Source of the DNA: an uncultured SAR86 cluster bacterium | GTDB lineage: Bacteria > Pseudomonadota > Gammaproteobacteria > Magnimaribacterales > D2472 | Direction: 5' to 3' | Length of the DNA stretch: 64,000 nt | Assembly: GCA_902558395.1 (NCBI GenBank) | Contig: CACEDS010000001.1 | Coordinates: 389,152 to 453,151 of the forward strand | Part shown: one piece after another, positions 58,742 through 64,000 of the stretch | How the letters are laid out: every line of letters starts with the position of its first letter | Numbering within the stretch: position 1 is the stretch's first letter | The notes under the pieces: generated by a model | Told to the model about the DNA's origin: nothing | Databases searched by the model: none | Seen by the model: the letters and a program-made list of their open reading frames with translations, nothing else | Made by a program: the position numbers and the translations under genes

Positions 58742-59469
58742 ATTTACCAATTTACATTGATAACAAAATCTATGTAGATTATTTAATTAATGTTTTAGGT
58801 GTTCCTGAAGCAAATATAGTAAATATATATCCTGAACAACCATCATTTTTTATATACAAAGAAAACGGATTACATTTTGTTATTAACTCACCACAAAAAA
58901 AATTAATTCATATAAATTTTTTAAAAGGACAAATGGGGTGGAGACTGAAAAGAACAGATCATGAAATTCTTTTAAAGAAAGCATTAGGTAAAAAAAAAGA
59001 TAATTTAACAATATTTGATGGAACTGCAGGTTTTTTATCAGATACCCTCATCTTTCTAGCCTTAGGTCACAAAGTAATTGCTTGTGAGCAAAGCAGTATT
59101 TTATTTATGTTATTAAATGATGCTATTAATAGAGCAAGAGAGGAATTAATTTTTTTAAAAAATTTAGATTTAGTTTATGGAAATGCTGTCGATATATACA
59201 AAAATAAGAGAAATATTGATCTGATTTATCTAGACCCAATGTATCCTGATAGCAAGAAAAACACTGCTAGATCAGGTAGCATGAATGATATAAAAAATAT
59301 TCTTGAAATTGAAGCAATTAAAAATCAAGAAGATCAAATATTTTTTGATTTTAAAAAACAAGAATATAAAAAGATTGTCTTAAAAAGACCAGTTAAATCA
59401 AAGATAATAGATACTAACTTAAACTACCAAGTTAAAGGTAAGTCAACAAGATTTGATGTATATATATAA
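58738..59469 (+). CDS. rsmJ: 16S rRNA (guanine1516-N2)-methyltransferase RsmJ-like SAM-dependent methyltransferase
   Basis: 243 aa. FDGTAGFLSDTLIFLALGHKVIACEQS (SAM motif I) and IYLDPMYP are characteristic of RsmJ/YhiQ. Confidence 0.75.
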   Translation: MNLPIYIDNKIYVDYLINVLGVPEANIVNIYPEQPSFFIYKENGLHFVINSPQKKLIHINFLKGQMGWRLKRTDHEILLKKALGKKKDNLTIFDGTAGFLSDTLIFLALGHKVIACEQSSILFMLLNDAINRAREELIFLKNLDLVYGNAVDIYKNKRNIDLIYLDPMYPDSKKNTARSGSMNDIKNILEIEAIKNQEDQIFFDFKKQEYKKIVLKRPVKSKIIDTNLNYQVKGKSTRFDVYI

Positions 59470-59478
59470 GGAGATGAA

Positions 59479-59646
59479 ATGAACCCTTTTACAATGATGA
59501 AAGATGCTAAAAATATGGAAAAGATGATGAAGCCAGCGTTAGAAAAATTTATGAAGGAAGCAGGTTTTATAAAAAAAGACGAAATTGAACCCTTAAAAAG
59601 AAGGATTGCTGAATTAGAGTCTGAGGTATCTAAATTAAAAAGTTAA
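59479..59646 (+). CDS. Small coiled-coil protein, UbiK/YqiC (BMFP)-like (not in the supplied ORF track)
   Basis: My own translation gives 55 aa: MNPFTMMKDAKNMEKMMKPALEKFMKEAGFIKKDEIEPLKRRIAELESEVSKLKS. AAGGAG RBS at 59468-59473. The C-terminal heptad pattern resembles the UbiK family. Confidence 0.4.
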   Translation: MNPFTMMKDAKNMEKMMKPALEKFMKEAGFIKKDEIEPLKRRIAELESEVSKLKS

Positions 59647-59675
59647 AAGAAGAAGAGATTTCTAGGATCATTGAA

Positions 59676-59891
59676 ATGGCATGGGAGGATAGAACTCCTT
59701 TTGACGCTATTGAAGCTACTTTTGGCCTTAATCAGAATCAGGTTGAAGATTTGATGAGAAAAAATCTAAAAAAGGGTAGTTATACTCTTTGGAGAAAGAG
59801 GGCAAGAGGAAGAAAAACCAAACACTTGGGTTTAAGAGATTTTGAAGTTGGAAGACATCATTCATATGACCAAAACAAACTTAAAAGCTAA
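59676..59891 (+). CDS. TIGR03643/DUF2805 family protein (5' end uncertain)
   Basis: MAWEDRTPFDAIEATFGL...LWRKRARGRKTKH matches this small conserved family. Family-like residues (EEEISRIIE) continue in frame upstream of the ATG. Confidence 0.7.
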   Translation: MAWEDRTPFDAIEATFGLNQNQVEDLMRKNLKKGSYTLWRKRARGRKTKHLGLRDFEVGRHHSYDQNKLKS

Positions 59892-60180
59892 TCATATTAA
59901 AATTGAAAACCTTTATAAATCTATGTTTTCAGAGGTTAAGCATACATCTATAAATATAAGAGATGATAAGGTAGAAATAATTCATTTAAGTGAGCAAAAC
60001 CAGGATCCAGCAATTATCGAACTTTCTGAAACTAAAATTTGCTATGTTATTAGCTATTGGGATGGCTATTCTTTATCAGAAAATGAAGAATCTGGTGACA
60101 TAATGAAGGCCTTAAAAATATTTAGAAGATATGCAAAAAAAATGGCCAAAAATCTTAAAAAGTTTTCTGACCATAATTAG
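59866..60180 (+). CDS. Hypothetical protein
   Basis: About 104 aa from the ATG at 59866 (the track start at 59842 overlaps the previous gene more deeply). No motif recognised. Confidence 0.35.
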   Translation: MTKTNLKANHIKIENLYKSMFSEVKHTSINIRDDKVEIIHLSEQNQDPAIIELSETKICYVISYWDGYSLSENEESGDIMKALKIFRRYAKKMAKNLKKFSDHN

Positions 60181-60194
60181 TTTGTTCTCTTAGG

Positions 60195-62084
60195 TTAATA
60201 ACCATCGTCTGACGAATTATTTCCAGATGAATTGGTATAATGCGATTTTGGTTTAAAAAGTTCATCAGAAGACGCGCTTTCAGAGCCATGATAGCCTTGT
60301 CCATTTGGCATGTAAAATGTAAGGTTAGGGTATTCATAAAAAGTGTGCTCATGATCTTCACTGCTCTGTTTTTGTAAATAAACTTTGTAAGTAAAACCCG
60401 ATGCGCCTTTGTATGGGCCTGTTGCAACAGTTCCTTTTACTTGCAGAGCTCCAGATGAGTTTGTAATGTCAATGTTATCTACATTAAAATTTTCAACTTT
60501 TACAATTTTTCCTCTTGTATACATGCCAGAATGGAACTCACAATAAGGAAAGATTTCATCGGGAGTATTGGATGTAACAGTCAATGTTAATGTATCTTTA
60601 TCCCAGCCTTCATTGTTACCAATTTCAGCACTACTATCTCTATCATCAACTTCAGTAGATAATAAAAATGGATGGTTTGACGTTACAGTGCTTGTTGGAT
60701 CAAATTTTATAATATCACCTTCTCTTACATATATTATAAAATCTGTATTTGATGGGTTTACTGCATCAACTAGATAATTGGAGCTACCCTCATTAGATAA
60801 AGAGTAGGATGTAGTTATTAAATTTTCTTCATTATCAGAAATAGTCATTCCTTCCCATGATGAATTTTCATTTATCCAATTAATAGTGTTGAATGTTAAT
60901 TTATCTATTTCATCTAAATCAGCGGTTCCATTCATTACAGCTTCCATCAAGTCTTCTAATTCTTTAGTACCAACCTTTGTAAAATAAGAGTGTGTATTAT
61001 TATTATCTGCATACATTTTTTGTAAAAATGAGGATATTCCTGCTGAAAGACTTACTAATTGACTACTTGAGGGTGAGAAGTCGTCGTCAAGATTACTGAG
61101 CAAGTTTTTAATGAAAGTTGTATCTGAAAGAGAAGTTTCATCATCGGTTCTTTCAAGTATATTTTGTGCTAAGTACCATTCAGAACTATTTTCACCAAAA
61201 GTATGAATTTCTCTGAGTACTTCATTTAATACAATGAGCTGTGAATATATCACTGCAACCTTATTAGAAACACTAGATGATAAACTTGTATAAGGATTAT
61301 CAAACCTAATCATAAAATCTGAATCTATACCTAATTTAGCCTTTAAAGCTTCATATTCAGTGTTATTATCATATAAATAAAGCAGTGTTGTCGCTGGGTT
61401 AATTATAAAATTCTGACTAGTTGTTGGCTCACCTATGACTGCAAACCTACCTTCTTCAATTTGCCAGTTAGTATTTGAATCAAATCCATTTTCAGCTTTT
61501 ATGATTCCTGTTCCTGCATCAGAGTTAATACTGAGGCTGAATGAACCATCTTGTGCTGTTGATGTGGTGAAAGTTGCATTGCTGCATAATGTTTCGATGT
61601 CCTCAACAAAGCATACATCTGCAGACTGTATGGGGCCAGAAAGCACATAGTTTCCATCGTAGTTATCAGTTGTTACATCATCCCCCGTATCATTAGTTAC
61701 AGTTACTTCAAAGTTAGCAGAAGCATTCGCACTTCCATCAGAAACTGTTACAGTAATTTTATAAATATTGTTTGTGTCTAAGTCAGATGGATTTTCAAAA
61801 TCAGGTTCGGCGTTAAAGGTTACTACACCTTGATTAGAAATTGTAAAGATGTTTGCATCATCACCACTTATTGTATAAGTAAGATTATCACCATCTGGAT
61901 CACTTGCATTAACAGTGAAGGCCGAAGTTTGATTCTCAACAACAGATATGCTCATGTTGGTGTTAGTAATTGATGGAGGATTATTAGTTGGTGGGGAGTA
62001 TCCAGAACCAGATCCACCTGATCCACCACCACCACAAGCAGTAATAATAATTAATGATATAAATAATAGGGTATAGTTTTTCAT
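60195..62084 (-). CDS. Multidomain lipoprotein: cadherin-like repeat, beta-sandwich, helical region, cupredoxin-like (type-1 Cu) domain, His-rich tail
   Basis: I chose the ATG at 62084 (GGAGA RBS 6 nt upstream) over the GTG at 62105. Signal peptide plus lipobox LIIITAC, followed by a GGGGSGGSGSG linker. Domain evidence is under the two sub-features. Confidence 0.8.
   Translation of the reverse strand: MKNYTLLFISLIIITACGGGGSGGSGSGYSPPTNNPPSITNTNMSISVVENQTSAFTVNASDPDGDNLTYTISGDDANIFTISNQGVVTFNAEPDFENPSDLDTNNIYKITVTVSDGSANASANFEVTVTNDTGDDVTTDNYDGNYVLSGPIQSADVCFVEDIETLCSNATFTTSTAQDGSFSLSINSDAGTGIIKAENGFDSNTNWQIEEGRFAVIGEPTTSQNFIINPATTLLYLYDNNTEYEALKAKLGIDSDFMIRFDNPYTSLSSSVSNKVAVIYSQLIVLNEVLREIHTFGENSSEWYLAQNILERTDDETSLSDTTFIKNLLSNLDDDFSPSSSQLVSLSAGISSFLQKMYADNNNTHSYFTKVGTKELEDLMEAVMNGTADLDEIDKLTFNTINWINENSSWEGMTISDNEENLITTSYSLSNEGSSNYLVDAVNPSNTDFIIYVREGDIIKFDPTSTVTSNHPFLLSTEVDDRDSSAEIGNNEGWDKDTLTLTVTSNTPDEIFPYCEFHSGMYTRGKIVKVENFNVDNIDITNSSGALQVKGTVATGPYKGASGFTYKVYLQKQSSEDHEHTFYEYPNLTFYMPNGQGYHGSESASSDELFKPKSHYTNSSGNNSSDDGY
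60492..60815 (-). other. Cupredoxin-like domain with candidate type-1 copper ligand set (aa ~431-538 of the track ORF)
   Basis: His478 lies in TSNHPFLL. Then 44 aa later comes PYCEFHSGMYTRGKIVKVE, i.e. Cys-x2-His-x2-Met followed by GK(I/V)V.VE. This is the ligand spacing and C-terminal strand of amicyanin (YHCTPHPFMRGKVVVE). Confidence 0.65.
61692..61979 (-). other. Cadherin-like repeat domain of the lipoprotein (aa ~43-138 of the track ORF)
   Basis: PPSITNTNMSISVVENQTSAFTVNASDPDGDNLTYTISGDDANIFTISNQGVVTFNAEPDFE...YKITVTVSDG...FEVTVTN is the typical bacterial cadherin/Dystroglycan-type pattern (V.EN, DPDGD.LTY, F.I...G.v, DFE). Confidence 0.75.
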
Positions 62085-62407
62085 ACTTGTCTCCAGTTTT
62101 TTCACACAAATATATGTATGAAATCTTCTGGGCGTCCTAAATTTGTAAATTTATTAAATGCCTTTAATAAATAAGATTTAGGCAAAGCAGAAAAAGTTGT
62201 ATTGCTTGTAATTAATTTTATTTGGAGAGGAGATAGTTTACATATCCTAATAGGGGAGAACATAAAACTATAAAAATGTAATCCAAGCAATACTTGTAGT
62301 GAATACTATTTTATTAAATAAATATTTGTCAAATTATTTATAAATGCTTATTTATAGGGCTTTAAAGGAATATATTTTTGTAGTTTTACTACAATTATAA
62401 AAATTTT

Positions 62408-63661
62408 TTAATTTCTAATTTGACCATTTCCATTAACAAGATATTTGAAACTTGTTAATTGATCAACGCCAACAGGTCCTCTTGCATGAAATTTTCCAGT
62501 AGCTATTCCAATTTCTCCACCAAGGCCAAATTCACCACCATCAGCAAACTGAGTAGAAACATTATGCATAACAATTGCACTATCTAGCTCTTTTTGAAAT
62601 TTAGAAGCTCTGTTTAGATCCTCTGTAAGAATTGATTCTGTATGTCCAGATGAATAGTTCTCAATATGCTTAATTGCATCATCCAAGTTATTTACTATTT
62701 TTATACTAACAATTGGAAGAAGATATTCAGTAGACCAATCTTCTTCAGATGCTTGTTGAATATTTTTATTGTATTTATGTGTTTCTGCACATCCTCTAAT
62801 CTCACAAGCTTGAGCTTTTAGTGCATTTATTAGCATGGGCATAAAATCGTTAGCAATATCAGAATGAACAAGTATTGTTTCTACCGCACCGCATATGCCA
62901 GGTCTCCTCATTTTTGCATTGATACAAACATCTAATGACTTTTCTAGATTTGCTGACTTGTCTACAAATATATGACATATACCTTCCAAATGAGCAAATA
63001 CTGGAACTCTTGCTTCTTCTTCAACCATAGATACAAGACTTTTACCACCTCTTGGGACTATGACATCTATAGATTGATTTATTCCATGAAGCATTTTTTT
63101 TACAATTTCTCTGTCAGTAGTTTTTATGATCTGAATAGCATTTTCATCAATTTCAGCATCTTTTAAACCTTTTACTAATGATTGATGAATTGCTAGACAA
63201 GAATTAATGCTATCTGAGCCACCTCTTAAAATAGATGCATTACCAGCTTTTAATGATAAGGCTCCGGCATCTGCAGTTACGTTTGGTCTGCTTTCAAATA
63301 TGATACCAATTACACCAAGAGGTGTTGAGATTCTTGATATATGCATACCATTCGGTCTTTGCCAATAATCGAGTATTTTTCCTACAGGATCCTTAAAAGA
63401 CTCGATCTCAAGGAGAGTATCCGATATGGATTGGACTCTTTCATCATTTAATTCAAGGCGATCTATAAAAGATTCAGATAGGTTTTTTGATTTACTATTT
63501 TCAATATCTAATTTATTTGCTTCTAAAATAATTTTCTTATCAGCAAGCATATATTTTGACATTGCTTGTAGAGCATGATTTTTTTGTTCTGCAGACGTTT
63601 TCGCAAGAATCCTCGCTGCTTTTTTTGCATTAATACCAATTTGATCGATGTTATCAGTCAT
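62408..63661 (-). CDS. proA: Gamma-glutamyl phosphate reductase
   Basis: 417 aa aldehyde-dehydrogenase fold with IFESRPNVT, LRGGS, CNAMETLLV-like (CGAVETILVH) and HTESI. Confidence 0.96.
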   Translation of the reverse strand: MTDNIDQIGINAKKAARILAKTSAEQKNHALQAMSKYMLADKKIILEANKLDIENSKSKNLSESFIDRLELNDERVQSISDTLLEIESFKDPVGKILDYWQRPNGMHISRISTPLGVIGIIFESRPNVTADAGALSLKAGNASILRGGSDSINSCLAIHQSLVKGLKDAEIDENAIQIIKTTDREIVKKMLHGINQSIDVIVPRGGKSLVSMVEEEARVPVFAHLEGICHIFVDKSANLEKSLDVCINAKMRRPGICGAVETILVHSDIANDFMPMLINALKAQACEIRGCAETHKYNKNIQQASEEDWSTEYLLPIVSIKIVNNLDDAIKHIENYSSGHTESILTEDLNRASKFQKELDSAIVMHNVSTQFADGGEFGLGGEIGIATGKFHARGPVGVDQLTSFKYLVNGNGQIRN

Positions 63662-63663
63662 TA

Positions 63664-64000
63664 TTAAGCTATAAATTTAGTTGATTTTGTTTTCTTGTTA
63701 GTGAGACTTTTAATAGGGTTATCTTTTAATCCTGAGGTTATAATAACTGAACATTTTGATTTCATGCATATCTCTGCTGCTTTGATTTTAGAAATCATTC
63801 CCCCTTTACCAAGCTTAGAAGCAGTACCTGCCATATCTTTTATTTTTTTTGTAATTGATTTAACTTCTAGAACCAAATCATCATTTTTATTATTTTTTGG
63901 AGGTTCTTTATATAAGCCATCTACATTAGATAATAATACTAGATGATCGGCATTAATTAGCACCGCGATTCGTGCTGCAAGAATGTCGTTATCACCAAAT
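63664..64000 (-). CDS. proB: Glutamate 5-kinase, C-terminal part (5' end off window); apparently lacks a PUA domain
   Basis: The frame is open to the window edge: FGDNDILAARIAVLINADHLVLLSNVDGLY...GKGGMISKIKAA. The protein ends about 30 aa after the kinase domain, so no PUA extension is present. Confidence 0.9.
   Translation of the reverse strand, partial: FGDNDILAARIAVLINADHLVLLSNVDGLYKEPPKNNKNDDLVLEVKSITKKIKDMAGTASKLGKGGMISKIKAAEICMKSKCSVIITSGLKDNPIKSLTNKKTKSTKFIA

Noticed and set aside
60155-60427. 90-aa minus-strand ORF, plus the plus-strand ORFs 60568-60777 and 61435-61650 and the minus-strand ORF 62102-62290, around the lipoprotein gene.
   Set aside because: These are alternative frames or strands of the 60195-62084 lipoprotein gene or its promoter region. 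The lipoprotein frame has coherent domain motifs and these do not.

Overview
This 64 kb window is AT-rich (roughly one-third G+C by eye) and densely packed, with about 70 genes, short or overlapping junctions and many ATGA-type coupled stops and starts. It looks like core chromosome of a streamlined gammaproteobacterium. Several blocks match Pseudomonas/E. coli gene order: smc-zipA-ligase, rpoE-rseA-mucD/degP-lepA-lepB-rnc-era-recO-acpS, ccmABCDEFGH(I), and nrdAB with a double ATP-cone NrdA. The low GC, two large TonB-dependent receptors and minimal regulators suggest a marine oligotroph of the SAR86 type, but that is inference only. I found no rRNA, tRNA, CRISPR array, transposase, integrase or phage genes, and no recognisable defence island, so I do not claim a new multi-gene system. 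The points most worth a second look are listed here. (1) The NAD-ligase slot of the conserved smc-zipA-ligA operon holds an ATP-dependent DNA ligase. (2) The SMC protein has intact ATPase heads but no recognisable hinge, and both coiled-coil arms carry internal duplications. (3) A 629-aa lipoprotein combines a cadherin-like repeat with an amicyanin-like type-1 copper (cupredoxin) motif. (4) A GC-rich pseudoknot-capable element of SAM-II/SAM-V type lies upstream of metY. (5) Perfect DnaA boxes cluster in the nrdA-glpK spacer, together with tandem NrdR boxes, and as a tight three-box array just upstream of ung. Smaller oddities: ccmD is missing from the ORF track, TsaB is truncated and degenerate, two genes encode conserved N-termini upstream of any canonical start codon, and a near-consensus sigma-E promoter precedes rpoE. 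All functional calls come from reading motifs in the supplied translations. No database search was run.
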